Shown: positions 1 through 15,171 of the stretch, piece after piece
How the letters are laid out: the number at the start of each line of letters is the position of its first letter
Numbering within the stretch: the first letter of the stretch is position 1
Assembly (NCBI GenBank): GCA_964016885.1
Contig: OZ024752.1
Location: 2,790,001 to 2,854,000 of the forward strand
Origin: Eledone cirrhosa
Lineage: Eukaryota
Direction of reading: 5' to 3'
Length of the DNA stretch: 64,000 nucleotides
Translations under genes and position numbers: made by a program
The notes under the pieces: model-generated
The model's input: the letters and a program-made list of their open reading frames with translations, nothing else
Databases searched by the model: none
What the model was told of the DNA's origin: nothing

Positions 1-57
1 TTTTTTGTTTTCTGATATTCCGAACTGTATTATATATACACATACAAATATATACAT

Positions 58-118
<61 letters not shown>

Positions 119-158
119 AAGGTATTCATATATATATATATATATATATATATAAATG

Positions 159-226
<68 letters not shown>

Positions 227-308
227 TATTCATATATATAGGTATTCATATATATAGGTATTCATATAGGTACATATAAATATATATATATATATATATA
301 TAAAGGTA

Positions 309-352
<44 letters not shown>

Positions 353-1996
353 TATTCATGTAGGTATATATATAGGTATATATATATATATATATACGTA
401 CGTACATCCATCTATCCCTACATACATACTTACATACATAAATAGATGCATATACAAATACATATATGCATAAATACATTCACATATGCATGTATATACA
501 CAATTGTGTACGTTTATGCGTATGTGTGTATGTTTATGATGAATGTGTTGTGTTTCTCCATCCCATGTATTTCTAGTATACGTAGTTAGGCATTTGATAT
601 TCGGTTTGTGCATTGGTTGTCCTCTTTGTCATTGCATTGTGCCGCACTAAATATATCTAAATAAGTAGTGATGGAGTTTTAAATGAAACGCTCTCAAGAA
701 AGCTGAGTTCGACTATAAATGGTAGAAGGCTAATTATATGTAAGGGTCGGGCAGAGCCTTATTAGCAGGATTCAAGTGGATAACGAGAGAAAATGATGAG
801 ATGTACGATGCAGAGGTGGGAGGTAACGATCGAAGATGATATGAAATGGGTGGTGGTGAGTTTTAGAATGGAAAGAATTAATGTTTATATGGTAGTCAGT
901 GGTGGGGTGTTAGTTGTTGGGTTATTGGTAGTTGTAGATTTAATGCTGATGTGGCAGTAGCGGATGTGGTGATCGTGATGTTCATGATGTTGTTTAATGT
1001 AGTGGTGTTTGAGCTGGTGGTGGGTATTGGCCCTTGTCGCAGTGAAGAGGGTTGTGTTTATATTGGTCACAGTTACATTGATGCTGATTCTGGTTATGGT
1101 GTCAGGTTGTTAATAATGATGGTGGCGATGGCGGGTAATAGAAATTAACCTTGGTATAGTGGTTGGCCTAGAGGCTGTAAGTGGTACTGTAGGTGTATAG
1201 ATGTTAATGGGGTTGGTGATGCGTTGGTAGGGATGGCGAGTGTTTTTGACGATGGACGTAGTGGTGGTGGTCATGGTGCTACTACTTGTATTGCTTGCAA
1301 TAATGGAGGTAGTATTGTTAATGGTATACTGTCCATAGCATCGGCAGTATTGGTGATATAGTAGTGATGGTGAATACTGAAAAGCTAATGAGAATAAAGA
1401 GAGACATGTACGTTCCTCTGTTCCTTTTGTATTACTCTGTGTATATGTTTGTGTGTGTATATGCATTGTAGATATCGTTGCATGTGTACTTGTATTTTGG
1501 CTTTGACATATTACATTGTCACATCTTAATTAACCAAAGAAGATATTTGAAAGAGGGAGAAAAACGGGAAAACTGGGAAATCCAGGATGCACTGTTAAAA
1601 TGAATTGGGATTGTGGTCTAATGACGTCATCATTAGCTATGTCTTTGGCAGGTTAGGGGAATCTGGCTGGGGGGTTGGAGTAACACTCGTGGAGAGAATC
1701 ACGTTTAGGGGATGTGATTTTGGCTGGGTGAGGCTAACAATTTTAAGAAATGGTGGGATGGGCAGTAATAGAGCTGTTCCTTCGCCCAGTAAGGCCATTG
1801 GAATGTTATGGCAGTCACTGGTGACTGATAGCTGAGATTTTCTCATATCCCATTTCAGTGCACGTCGCCTTCCTTCCTCTTCGGACAAAGCACGTGCTTA
1901 CATATGCATGCAAGCTTGAATAATATCTGAAACATGCCAAACTCGAATGCTCACAAACAAAGAAACAAACAAGTAAACAAACAAACCACAGCAAAA

Positions 1997-2072
<76 letters not shown>

Positions 2073-2251
2073 AAATATATATACATATGTGTGTATTGTG
2101 TGTGTGTATGTGTGTGTGTATAAAGAAAAGACAGCAGAAGTGAAAGAAATGACATTATACAAGCCCAGCACACAAATCAACAACAATAATAATAACAACA
2201 ACAACAAAAAGGACATTATAATATTACAGGAAGATGTATAAGAAGAAAAAA

Positions 2252-2302
<51 letters not shown>

Positions 2303-2534
2303 AAGTTGTTGTTGTTGTTGTTGCAGTTGTGGTGGTAACAAGAAGAAGAATAATAAGAAGAAGTAGAAGAAGAAACTCAAATATTCATAGATGCATCCTT
2401 CTACACATACAGACAACATGAACATGTGAAATATACTTATGCAAATATACACTTTCTTTGTTGATTCTTACATTGTATATTTGCGTGCGTAATTTATAGA
2501 GGCGTACATGTAAGTGTACATATGTATTTATATA

Positions 2535-2605
<71 letters not shown>

Positions 2606-2809
2606 AAAGTGAGAATGGAAAAAGCAGTGAGATAGGAGAGAATGACTGAGGGAGAGTGGGACTTCAGAAAATGTGAAATGCGTGAGCCCGAGCGCTATTA
2701 TTTATTGTGATTGACTATTATTTTGTTCATTTGCATTGGGACTAATACATTTCAAGTACAAATACACACACACATACACACACATACACACACATACACA
2801 CACACAAAC

Positions 2810-2868
<59 letters not shown>

Positions 2869-2965
2869 AACTGCCCTATTCCTAGGCTTGTATTCTTATT
2901 TCTATAAGTAGATATTTAAGCAAATATGAATAATTTAAATACACACGCTTATATTATTGTATATT

Positions 2966-3033
<68 letters not shown>

Positions 3034-3045
3034 TATACATATATA

Positions 3046-3119
<74 letters not shown>

Positions 3120-4164
3120 GTATCTCTATGTATGTGTACGAGTTGTTCTTCACAACACTGACTACGTGCCATAATCAATATAATAATCTCATTTCAGCCT
3201 GTAACAATTCAAGTTACCTATTATAATGAACAACAAAGAAAATAGTCATCTTACTAAAAACATTCGAATATATGAATTTTTTTTGGTGCATTATCTATAA
3301 GAACATCTTCGCCTATGAATACAAAATAGCCTTAAATTCTACTGAATTCTATTCATATGAAAATATATATTTTCTACAAAGTGTATGTGGTTATTATTGT
3401 GTGTATATAGGTGTGTGAGTGGGAGTATGTATGTGTGTGCGTGTCTGTTTTTTCCGCATTTGCTTATGTGTGCACATTGTTGCTCTGTATGTGTTATCTG
3501 TGTGTGTGTGGTGTACTTGTTTACATTTTCTTATATGTGTGCAAGATGTTGATGTTTGTGTGTGTGTGTGTGTTAGTCTGTATGTTTGTATGATTTACCC
3601 ATATGTGTTCGCGTGTTTGTTGTGTATGTGTTTGCCTTTGCACGTCTCGGTGTGTATGTTCATGCACAAGTATGTGAGCGTGTGTGAATATGTGTGTGTA
3701 TATTTTATTGGGTGTTTTTTTTTTGCTGATTTTTTAAAATAACTGTTTTCTTTTACAAAAACACCCCAAAACGTACTACACATACATTAGATTGATAATG
3801 CACGCACGCGAATTCTGTTACACACTCAGACACACGCATGCATACACATAGATTGGTGAGATGAGATAGAAAGAGGATGAATGGAATAGGGAGAAAGTGA
3901 GAAAGCGAAAGCAAGTAGGTGAAAGGGTGAGTGAGAAAGAGAGAATTTAGAAAGAGAGATTCAGCATTCATAGAATATGCCCAACGAAATCTTATACAGT
4001 TCACAATAATATTTCCATTCAGCACAAATTTTACATACACGTATATGACAAAAATATATGAAACTCTGTACAAGTCTCGTACGAGAATGTATCAGGCACA
4101 TTTAATTATTTGCACAGCATTTTTCCATTTTCTTTTATTCACAATATTATATGTGTGTGTTTAT

Positions 4165-4199
<35 letters not shown>

Positions 4200-5887
4200 A
4201 TACACATGTGTGTGTGTGTGTTTATATATGAGTGTGTACATATGTGTATGTGTGTGTCTCTATCTAGTAACATTCACGGTTTTATTCTTCTTTGATACAG
4301 AGAGAGACATCTTCGTTCTCTTTATTCGTTGCTTGCTACAGACTTCCTTCAGCAACCAAACGTTATGCTAACTAGAACAATAACATATTCCTTAACGTGT
4401 AACGGCGTCTTAGTTACACAGCGGCTGGTGAGGTGAAAGTTCACTAAACTATCTAAAGTCCCTAAATACAATTTTAATTTACTTTCCGCATTGTTTATTT
4501 AACTTGCACGTTACTTATTTGCATAATTCACATAGACGTAGATAAAGCAATACATGCGAAACTCATTGTGTCCTCTCACATCTCACCATACATTCCTGGT
4601 GACATGAATTTGGAAATTTTACTAATTTCGTATCAGTCAAAATAATATATAGGTTATATCATTTACGTTATCGTTGTTTATTATCTCCCCTTGACCACAC
4701 CAATGGACTGATCCACTATCATTCTAAATGATTGTATTTTTTTGTATGGAGTTTGAATATTTTAATCATACATTTATTATATAAATTCAAACATAACCCA
4801 CCTCCCGGAAGCTTCTGCTCTAAAGAAATGATACACGCTCAGTGACTAGATGTTTAAAGGCCTTAGAGCTTTTCACAATAGCTTCGATTTCATATCTATA
4901 AGATATATTTAATACACTTTTGCCAAAGCACACACAACAGAAACCTATTCGTTTAACTTTTTCTTGCCGTTTCTCTCACAATTGCAACGCACTATTCAGC
5001 TTGGCACGAGCTATCTGCATACGCTTGCTGTGCAGTTCCTACATTCACTATTTTGTCCTATATTTCTTAAACATGCGGTTTTATTTCTCTAATTTTGGAT
5101 GCATTTGCCCATAAATTCGATTTTTTTACCTTTCATTTTGTGTTAGTCTATTCAACAATAGTATCACTCCTTGTGAATTTGATATCTTATATGTTCACAT
5201 TACAAGAAAATCCAATAATATCAATGATTTGATACGTTTGCAGATGGCAAGATTTCATTCAAAGTGTAATATTGAGAGTAGGAAATTTCTCTAAAGCTAT
5301 TGTGTTAAATGAGAAAACCAGAAATATATAGTATGTTGCCCCACATGTACGCTAATTGGCTGATATACGCCTAGTCAACTCCAGATCTGACAGCTTCTAA
5401 AATCCAAACGAGGAGTACCATGAAAACAAAAATACCATAAAACGCGGAGAAATTAGGCAAAATTAAGAGGTTTTACATAATGAACGCTATACCCAATTTC
5501 ACATGAGAAGACAATTTTCACAGACCCAAAAGTCCGTGGGAGTTCTCTCCGACTGACGGGACGGGAATAGTTGACAAGTCTGCACCACAGTAGAATATAT
5601 CAAATTATGGGGTAATGGAACTGCGTAATTAACAACAATTTTCTTTAGTTCCTATCAACCCAGACTCCATTTTGTCGATCATCAAAAAACAGTAAGAATA
5701 AGGCAGTCAGATGAATACAACTAGCCTTGCTCTTAAGATTGAAAATGTGAAATTCACTGTATATTTTTCAGCTTTATTTTCAGTTAGAATAGTCTATATT
5801 TTCTATTCTTTGTGCAATCCCTTGTTGCAAATCATAAACATCACATTGCAATGTTTAATTTCCCTGAAGAACATGTATGTATATATG

Positions 5888-5971
<84 letters not shown>

Positions 5972-7146
5972 TATATGTGTGTGTGTGTGTGGAGGGACAG
6001 AGACCGCTAGAGAGAACTCGTCAATGGATCTCGGGAATTTTACCCGCCCGAGAAAAAAAAAAATATATATAGATAGATAGATAGAAGATAGATAAATAGA
6101 TATATAGATAGATAGATAGATACTGGCATTCTTTTTTAGCATTCATTACCTGATGAAGTTCACCATCGAATTATACCGCTAGTTTTGTTTGCGTGTGTGT
6201 ATATGAGTGTGTGTGTGAGAGTGTTTGTGTGGGCGCGTTTCATCAATGCATATACGCAAAATATATTGTGAACGACGTCAAAATAGAAAACAAAAATGAA
6301 ATATATTGAAACCATGTCCACAAAATTGTGTAATGCATTGAGCTCTCCATACGTTTGGTCGACATATTTATTGACAGAAATAATAAAATCAATAATTTGT
6401 ACAATGAATTAAAACAAAATGAGTTGATATCACAATTTTTCACTAATCACTACCAAATATATAAATGTAATGATATGGTAGCGTATGTCAATTTATTGTT
6501 AATCCATCCAATACTATTAGATGATGAATAGTCTGGGTTTCCTTCACGTGTGTTTTGTTTCCTCGTTACATTTGTTGTTATTGCTGTTGTCGTTGTCGTT
6601 TAGGACAAGATCTGTGAAGATCCAAAGCACTAACACCTGTATGACATCTCCTCTTTCCCTGGACGTAACTAAATTGTGTAACGCCTCGAATCCGTACCCT
6701 TACAATGTATTCTATAACCGTCGAGAAGTTACTGAAATTTGATGATGGCAAGCTCATAGCTAGCCATATTAAGGTCATAGTCAGCTCGAGGTTCTCATAG
6801 TCAGTCCTGCTGACGTGATGCAGCCTGAATGAAGGAGTTGATGCATATAACAGCCTCACAACATTCTCCTGTCAACCATTTTCAATGGCGAGAAATAATA
6901 TGGGAATGTTGGGAGCTAATATAACATTACTGGGTATTCAACTTTCTTTTAGAATCCAGTGCCCATGTTAAAGATCACAACGACATCTACCTCCCAGAAG
7001 GAGATATGCGATAAATGTGTGCCGACAGGAAATATTCGCTCGATCATATATGCAAAAGCACACGCGTGAGCGCCCACACGTGGTTAGCGGTATATTTTGA
7101 TTGCGTATGTACTACGTATTGATTGCGTATGTACTATCATCAGATG

Positions 7147-7480
7147 ATATCAGAATTGCCATATGGAACGGTAGAACATTAGGAAACTGAACCAAAATTG
7201 AGTATACTGGATTAGAGTTACAGTTTGCTCCTCTTTTGATTTGTAAAACCAGAGGTGAAAACAATGAAACAGCTTAGACGAAATATGTATATGTATCTCC
7301 ATTCAGCAGGGACAATAATAGTTATCGAATTGGTGAACGTTTTCTTGTCAATAAAACAAATATTTCCCTTATAATAGGGTTACAACCAGTGGCAAGTATG
7401 CGAATATCCACCCAACTGAAGGAACATTCATTCGACATTAGCAAATATCTATGCTTGATGAACCCGTTACATATTCTATG
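7147..7480 (+). pseudogene. Decayed N-terminus of a LINE (RTE-like) apurinic endonuclease
   Basis: Manual translation gives IRIAIWNGRTL (consensus IATWNVRTL), then FSRDNNSYRIGERFLVNK..IIGLQPVASMRISTQLKEHSFDI (consensus SG..GVGFLV.K....G..PVS.R.I.IRL...PFNI). Contains stops and frameshifts. Confidence 0.55.
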
Positions 7481-9313
7481 AAATATTGCTGAATGTCCTC
7501 GCATTCAATACATATCATACGATTGAAGATTCAAGATTTTATGATTCAAGACTTTATGTTCACTAATAAGGCGTTAGAAAATCTTCAGATCTTGCTGTCG
7601 GTGTTACAGCTGTTTTAATAGAAGTATTCAGAAATCAACGGACCACTACCGATTTAGTTCTCCTCCTGGAAACCTTAGCACACCTCTCTCTATTAGTTTG
7701 TGCCTTTAAATGATTTAATTAAACTGATGTAGCTTCACACGACAGCGATATAAGAGATGATCTTGTTATGAAATAATCAATTAGTTAAATTAATAATTAA
7801 TGAATGCATAATTGGTTGTTGTTTTTAGAGATTATTTACGTATTATAAATGCATAAGCTATTTCAGCTACACTAAATGATGTCATATAAACAATTGAAAC
7901 ACGCCTCTCAAATATTTACTAATCCTTTTTCTTAACTGCTTTCCTCCCCTCTCCCATCATGCACTCTACTGATTTCGGACATAAGGCCTTTACATTTTTT
8001 TTTCCTTGATTTAATGTTAGACAACAATTCTGATTGCTGATATTACAGTTAACACTGTTGCTGTTGTTTTTGTTATAACTGTTCATGTTTTTATTGTTGT
8101 TAAGGATTCCATGTACGATTTTGATCGAGCAACAACATTATTTTCAAAGAATTCAAACAATAGGCAACTCTACTTCGGGGGTAAGATATCTCTCAATGCA
8201 TTACCCAGTGTGCTTCTCCCTGCAGTTTCTAGTCTGGGGACGATGCTGGTTCAAATGGGAAGAAAACTAAGTCGTTGGTGCTTCTGTTTCTTAGCTGAAA
8301 CATTCCACATTATTAAACATCGCATCATCTTCAGGCAAAATATGTCAATTTTAAAACGGTAGGCTCTACCTTGAAATTATTTAACTGCTACATCTAGTAG
8401 GTCCAGCATCCATATATAGTTTTCTTATTCATGTTATTGCTACTGGAGCAGCTATGTTGTAAGCGGCTCTTCCTTTTTCTATATCTTTTATTATCATACG
8501 TAAGGGAAAATATAGAATCTATCACAGCAGTAGTGTATACATGGACAACAGGAACAGAAGTAGAATTAATAGTAGCTCTAGCAGCAGGAGCAGCTGTAGA
8601 GATAATATTAGCAGTAGTAGTAGCAGTAGCAGTAACGGTAATATCAGCAGTGACAGTAATATCACTAGGAATATATTCTCATGGAATACTCTCAGCGTAG
8701 GAATACGGGAAGCAGCAGTAGCAGCTACATAAACAACAGTAGCAGCTAGCGGAAAAAAACAATAGAAGTTATAAATAATAAAGATCTGAATTGTTCTAGT
8801 AGCAACTGGAATAAGAGAAGCACTAGTATCACCTGTGTGGGAGGCGTGATTCGAGGGGCCTGCGTGTGTGTGTATATGTATTGAACATACGCCAGCTGCC
8901 ACGACCTGTGCTCCATTTGTCCTAACCAAACAGCCTGCACGACAAAGCAACGTAGATACGCTTGAGCATTCAACACTCACATAATATAGATCTCAGGGAG
9001 ATTCACTGTGACACTGTGTTTGGTAATGCTGGCTATTGAATTTACAAACATAAAATTATATTAAAGGAACGTCGGACAGAAGCGACGTAAAATAAACGGG
9101 AATCAAACTCACACCTTAACAATTGCCAAACGCACTGACTAAGCTGTGCGCCTTGACTGTAGTAGCAACTACAACAGTGAGGACGGCAGTAGTAAAGGTA
9201 GTATCAATAAAGGCTTACTGATACAACAGACAATGATATTTTGCATGAAGTTGTTAGGTATAACAGCTGTGACAGTAGAGGATTAATACTGCTGCTATTA
9301 TTTAGCAGATCTA

Positions 9314-9532
9314 GGGCGGAGGATTGGCGGTATCGGTAGTGCGTCGGAGACCAAGCTTCTCAGCATGGAGTTACAACCGTTTACGTTCTGAGTTCAAATG
9401 CCTCAGAAGTATGCTTTGCCTTTCATCTTTACGGTGTCGATAAAATAAAGCACCAGTAAAACATTGGCGTCGATTTAATCTGCTTTCCCCTCTCCCCAAA
9501 TTGCTGGCCTTGTGCTTATAGTAGAAATATTG
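9314..9532 (+). mobile_element. tRNA-derived SINE family A, diverged copy
   Basis: A-box-like ttggcggtatcggtag, B-box-like gagttcaaat, and body ctttgcctttcatc..gtcgataaaataaag..ctggccttgtgc..gtagaaa shared with 12 other copies in the window. Confidence 0.85.
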
Positions 9533-9983
9533 AATTAGCAAACCTATGTTCAAACCTCACCAGCCATGAATATCACGCTTTGTAGAGTGGGCTATAAGTA
9601 ACTAGATTCATTTCTTTATTGAAAACGGGTGGGTGAGTTGATTGGGATGTTGTTATGTCTAGCTAGTATATTTAATAGCCACGGTGAACCTCTTATCTTG
9701 GTTACGAAGATGCCAATGGTATCGGTTAAGGAGGTGCCATTGTTTTTGTTGTTGTAGTTGCTGCTGTTGTTTTTGCTGTTGATGATGTTAGTAGTAATTG
9801 TAGTAGCAGAAGCAGCAGCAACCCCTGGAAGTAATAGTAATAGCAGCAACTATAGCAGTAGCGTCGAAAACAGTAGTAGTAATAATAGCAGTAGCATCAG
9901 CAGCAGTAGTATCAGTAGTTGTAATAGCAGCAGTAGCAGCAGCAGCAGCAGTAGAGTAGTAGTAGTATCAGTAGTAGCAGTAA

Positions 9984-10018
<35 letters not shown>

Positions 10019-10888
10019 CCGACCGATGTTGTCAGTGCTGTCACATATCTTGTGCTATTGAAGTTTAACTCTTTGTGAATAGACATGATCGAAGCCGGTT
10101 CAAACACAGCTATCCCATTTTATATTGAAATATCCAGAACTTCCTTGTAGAATGAGCCTTCAAACAGCCACACTGTATCATGCTGTACTATAGTTAATTT
10201 CTCCTTAATGGGAGCCATGTGTGGCTAATAAAGAAAGCATTATTAAAGAAGGAATATGTCATTTTAAAAGTATTTAGGTTTTATTTGGCTGCTATATTTA
10301 GCAACATAAACCACCTGGTAGAAGCTTCCTCGGTTAGTGGCGATGTATGTGGAGATGCTGGTAACGGTATTCAGGAGTGGTTTTAATGGAGGTGGGGAAA
10401 AGCGGGCAATTGTCCCAGATGCAGAGACAAGTGACGGCCGTAGCAATTTATTGGAACCCTCAGCTGGGGTTTCTAGCTTTAGGATGGTTAATTCTTTAAT
10501 TCCATACCTGTACGTGTAACTTTTCTATTCCAATTTATTTCGATAAGCTAGCTTTGATATGTAAAATTGGGGTACTTGCAATGTGAACTTGTTGTGTGTG
10601 TGTGTGTATGAGGGGCCCACCAAAACCCGAAGTGCACCCTCACCCACTCCAAGGTGTAAATCCAACACTGATGGTAATGCGAATCTGGTGATAATTTTGC
10701 TAGTGGTGATGGTGATATTCATGGTGGTTTTATTAACGATGCGGGAAGACAATGTCAGGGATAGTGGCATAGCTAATGCAACTGTGGTTGTTTTCTTTTT
10801 GTTTTTCTGTTTTTTTGTTCTTTTGCCAAATATCAGCAGAGATTTAATATATATATATATATAACAAATCTCTGCTCATATTTATATA

Positions 10889-10986
<98 letters not shown>

Positions 10987-11016
10987 AATATTTATATATA
11001 TATATGTATATATATA

Positions 11017-11356
11017 AGTGGTTACACAACAGTTAGTTCACCATACCGAGTACAATTGTTTCACCTTCGCGGATCTTCAGCTTGGGATGTGTATGGTTAT
11101 AGGAACAGGAAGGACAACCGTACGAACGAGCATGCGCAGAAACTCGGTCACTTCACACAGGCAATACTAGACTGCGTGCGGGAGGTGTAAGGGAGATAAC
11201 TGCGAAAGTCCGGAAAGTTTTAAGGTTGAAAATAAAATTGAAAAAATAGAAATAAAATTACAAATAATCAATCCGGAGCCTTGTAATTATGCAATAGATG
11301 TTTGGTGATGTGTGGACAACGTGTGGAAAATTCGCTTCTCGGGTTTAATCAATCAC

Positions 11357-11358
<2 letters not shown>
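11017..11358 (-). mobile_element. 5'-truncated Penelope-like element 3' end, between (TA)n tracts
   Basis: Minus strand reads LNPRSEFSTRCPHITKHLLHNYK, like the PLE GIY-YIG C-terminal LNxRxE...CxH..K.LL motif, followed by a non-coding tail carrying an HHR. Confidence 0.7.
11046..11085 (-). ncRNA. Minimal type I hammerhead ribozyme
   Basis: Minus strand: ccaag-CUGAAGA-ucc gcgaa ggu-GAAA-caauug-UA/cucgg. Core intact, palindromic stem III, one mismatch each in stems I and II. Confidence 0.75.
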
Positions 11359-11421
<63 letters not shown>

Positions 11422-11461
11422 CGAAACATAAGTCTATTGCTTGAACTCATAATCCTTTATT

Positions 11462-11519
11462 TACTGCTATTTATATTTCGATGATAGCCATTGAATCGCT
11501 ATGACCTCAGCAGGCAGTT
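11462..11519 (-). ncRNA. Decayed type I hammerhead ribozyme
   Basis: Minus strand: acugc-CUGCUGA-ggucauagc..gcuaucauc-GAAA-uauaaa-UA/gcagu. Perfect 5-bp stem I and long stem II, but core A6 is changed to C. Confidence 0.65.
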
Positions 11520-11547
11520 AATCAGTTCTTAGATATGCCAGCTCTGT

Positions 11548-11583
<36 letters not shown>

Positions 11584-11585
<2 letters not shown>

Positions 11586-12884
11586 AGGGCGCGTAACATT
11601 TCCGAGATCCATGGACGAGTTCTCTCCAACGGTCTCTGACACTCATTATCGCTGCCATGTCCTGCGTCTCCAACAGAACAGTGTCTCTCCGTAGGGCATC
11701 AACATATGTTAACCTTGGTCTTCCCCTCCCAGTGTGTCCATGCAGGGGCTCCCACAGGAGCACTGAGTGCAGTGTCAACTCTGGATGTCGGTGAGCATGC
11801 CCAGCTAACCTGAGTATCCTCTGTGTCAATTTCCAGCTGACTTTTGGGAGGCTCCCATACAGCTCTGAGTTTTTCATACTCAGTGTTCATTGATTAATGT
11901 TCAGAACCATTCTCAGCTTTCTCCTGTAGCTCCCATTCACCATTCTGAGTGAGTTTCTAGGTCAGTGTCCAAGTCTCAGACCCGTACAGCAGCACAGTCT
12001 CCACTACAGCAACGAAGAGACGGATCTTCAGGTCTTTACGAAGGTCCGATTTCCACACCGATCTCAAGCTGTGGTACGCCGCCCAGGCTTTGCTCTTCCT
12101 CTCGACCACATCATCCTCCGTATTCTCAATCTTTGCTCCCAAATACAGGAAGTCGTCAACCGATTCTAGCGGCTTCTCACCTACATTAGTAATCTTCTCT
12201 GGCTTCTTAATATTCTCTACCAGATACTTCGTCTTAATCTCATTCATTGTCAGTCTCACACTCATCGACACAGTCTCCACCACCTGTAACAAATCCTCTC
12301 CCCCTTCACTGTGTTTGTCACCAGAACTATGTCGTCGCCAAATTCAGCGTCCGATATCATTTTCGCCTTAGCTTACCTACTCTGAGTCGGGGTTACAGTA
12401 AAGCCAGAGACCTGGTGTTTCCCCAGCGCAAGGCGCATACAATAGTCCACTGAGATGATAAAAAGGTAGGGAGCCAATATATCTCTCTGAAGTACTCCAG
12501 CCAGTATATCAAAGAACTCTGTCATCCCATCAGGTGTAATGACTTGGGCTTTGGTGTCGGTGTAGAGCAGTGATATCAAGTCCACTGTCTTCCTGGGGAT
12601 TCCATAAGCCTGTAAGATCCTCATCAGGCAGTGGCGGTCCACAGAATCAAAGGCCTTCCTAAAGTCAATGAAAAACATGACTGCAGGAGGGCACTTTGTT
12701 CTAGCTCCCTCTAATATCCCCTCAGCATCAGGATGTGACTGGTGGTTGATCTTCCCTCTCTGAAGCCGTTCTGGTTGTCCCTGAGCTTCTCCTCCATCTC
12801 GGACTGGATCCTGATAAGAATCATCCTGTTCAGGATATTTGCCACAAGTGACGTCAGTGAGATACTCCTGTAGTTGTTGGTGTT
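11584..12884 (-). mobile_element. RTE-clade LINE, reverse transcriptase and 3' end (frameshifted)
   Basis: ORF fragments NNYRSISLTS..NQNGFREGRST, FIDFRKAFDSVD..GVLQRDILAPYLF, EFGDDI (YADD equivalent), DFLYLGA, VLLYGSETWTLT and GRGRPRLTYVD..RDRWR. Confidence 0.95.
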
Positions 12885-14097
12885 GAAGAGTTCCATGAGG
12901 AGGTGTTTGGAGCTATCAACACTACACAAGCTCACAACATCCTGCTTCCACATCTGAGTAAGGAGAGCAGTAAAGATCATTGCTGGTACTTCCATAACAA
13001 CAGCAAATGAAATGGAAGACTACTGAAAGACACACTGCTGGAGGCGAACTTGATAGCAACCAACCTCAGGTTTAGGAAGAATCCGGGGAAGATGTGGACC
13101 TACATCTCGTATATGAAGCTATCCAAGTCCCAGATTGATTTCATTCTGGTGAGGAAAAAGTGGCGAAATAATGTTCTGAACACAGAACCATACATTATTT
13201 CAGTACACTAGGCAGTGACCACCGGCTTGTTATGAGTGAGGTCCGGGTGAGCTTAAGAAAGAGCAAGGCTCAGCTCCCGAGAGCAATCTATGACTGGGGA
13301 AGTTAATAAGCTACAGGGGAGGTTCACAGTAGAAGTGAGGACCAGGTTCAGTGCTCTGTGTGGTTAAGCAGAGGAGAGCGGGATTGGATGAACTGAGGAG
13401 GTTGTGACGAGGAGGTACGTATATTTCACCAATACAGTGGCGGAAGCATGTGAGACCTGGTGCCGAGGAGAGAGAACAAGAAGAAGCACGTCAGCCCTGC
13501 AGACCCAAAAGTGTGTGTAGCCAGAGAAAACTCGGAAGCTGCCAAGGACCAATTCTATGCTGATCCTACGGAGGAGAGGATGGAGAATGTGGAGGTGATG
13601 AGGGAATAACTCTGTACCGCTTACATTGAGGACAGAGAGGAGGCACTGATCGAGAAGATCATAAGTGTGGATAGAGCGGTTGGCAGGTCTGGATGTAAGG
13701 GGAGCTGGATGAACATCAACGAGTTCACAGGGAGAAAGAGAATGTGTTGGAATCAGATCCAGGGAACAGGGCCCGAGGATAGAAAGAGGAAATGGCTGGA
13801 CCATTTAAGAACCCTTCTGGGAGAGCCTCCCTCCACAGCCCAGAACACTGGTGAGATCAGGCGGCTGTTTGAGGAACTGGATATTGAGACAGGACCCTTC
13901 ACCAGAGACGGGCTTCAGATAGCCAAGAAGAAGATCAAGGAGGGAAAGACTCATGGAGAATATGGAGTGTCATAAGAGGTGACGGAGAGGCGTGATTTTG
14001 ACGATATCGTCCTGGAGTTCTGAAACAAGGCACTGGAGAAAGGAATGCCCCGAATCCGTGGAGGATCAGTAACATCGTCCCAGTGCGAAAGAAGGGA
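12885..14097 (+). mobile_element. Inverted 5' segment of the same RTE LINE (APE C-terminus, linker, start of RT)
   Basis: Plus strand reads NGRLL..NLIATNLRFRK..GKMWTY..SQIDFILVRKKWRN..GSDHRLV, then RKRKWLDHLRTLLGEPP..GPFT, ending WRISNIVPVRKKG at a (TA)n tract. Confidence 0.92.
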
Positions 14098-14714
14098 TAT
14101 ATATATATATATATATAAAACCGTTAGAAGGAACTCTCTAGAACAACTCGAACCCTTGATAAGAGTGTAATAGGACCAATATACAATCCATAGTTGTAAC
14201 TACTTATAAACATTAAATTAAAATATTAAATAAAATATAACCAATGTAATGGAAAAGAAAACATTAATAATAATACACTCAACACATGCACATTTGAACA
14301 ATACAGGAACAATGATCACACTACATCCACCATAAACTTCATAGAAACTACTTTTAATACACAAACATCTTTGTCTGCTTAATATGCAAGTAAAGATGTG
14401 TTATATTATGTAATACCTTTACGATACTGTAATATATATGCCTAGTACCATTGATTGTTTCCTACCTATACCCTATACATGCCTAACACTTTTGCACTCT
14501 CTATACGCTTGCGTATTTACTGCTAATGTCCTCATTTTGCGAGTAACTTTCCGCCTTAATGCCTCTTTAATTTTGTAAACTCTCTCACATCCACTGACAC
14601 TGACCTCAACATCTCCATTCTGTAAATATGAAACTGTTGATGACAACATTAATATTTATGTATCTATATGTTTGTTCTGTCGAATAGGAAGTTAATTATA
14701 TGTCTAAACTTTAG

Positions 14715-14767
14715 TAGTGCTCCGATGAATCCAAATGAAGGTTTGGCAGAAACGATTGTCAGTAATA
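14715..14767 (+). ncRNA. Decayed type I hammerhead in a PLE-like 3' tail (about 14120-14870)
   Basis: uagugcu-CCGAUGA-auccaaau gaag guuuggca-GAAA-cgauug-UC/aguaaua, with U4 changed to C. The tail ends in gaaagcagcgattctttgcttaaactttaatctgttatttta, the terminus shared with the PLE at 48176-50235. Confidence 0.6.
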
Positions 14768-15139
14768 CAATGTTTTAAACATAGTTTCGATTATTGCGTA
14801 ATGTATATATATATGCATACATATGAAAGAAAGCAGCGATTCTTTGCTTAAACTTTAATCTGTTATTTTAATATATATATATATATATATGATCCAAAAC
14901 GTTCCAGCTGTGATTAGCCCGTCTAGTGTTCAGGTTTCAGCAAATCTGAGTGCCTGATGTGACCGCTTTGTTATTTATAACTGTAGGATATGATTTGAAG
15001 CGGTTTGGCTGCTATCTTTAGTAGATCGATGGACCATATATATTCTCTTTCGGTGGTTGATGCTACTGTTGTTAGTTATAGGGATGTTGTTAGTGTTGAA
15101 ATAATAGGAAATATTGATGGTATAATTATTTGTTAGAAA

Positions 15140-15171
<32 letters not shown>

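Noticed and set aside
6148-6185. ctgatga-agttc..gaatt motif
   Set aside because: No GAAA or stem III follows.
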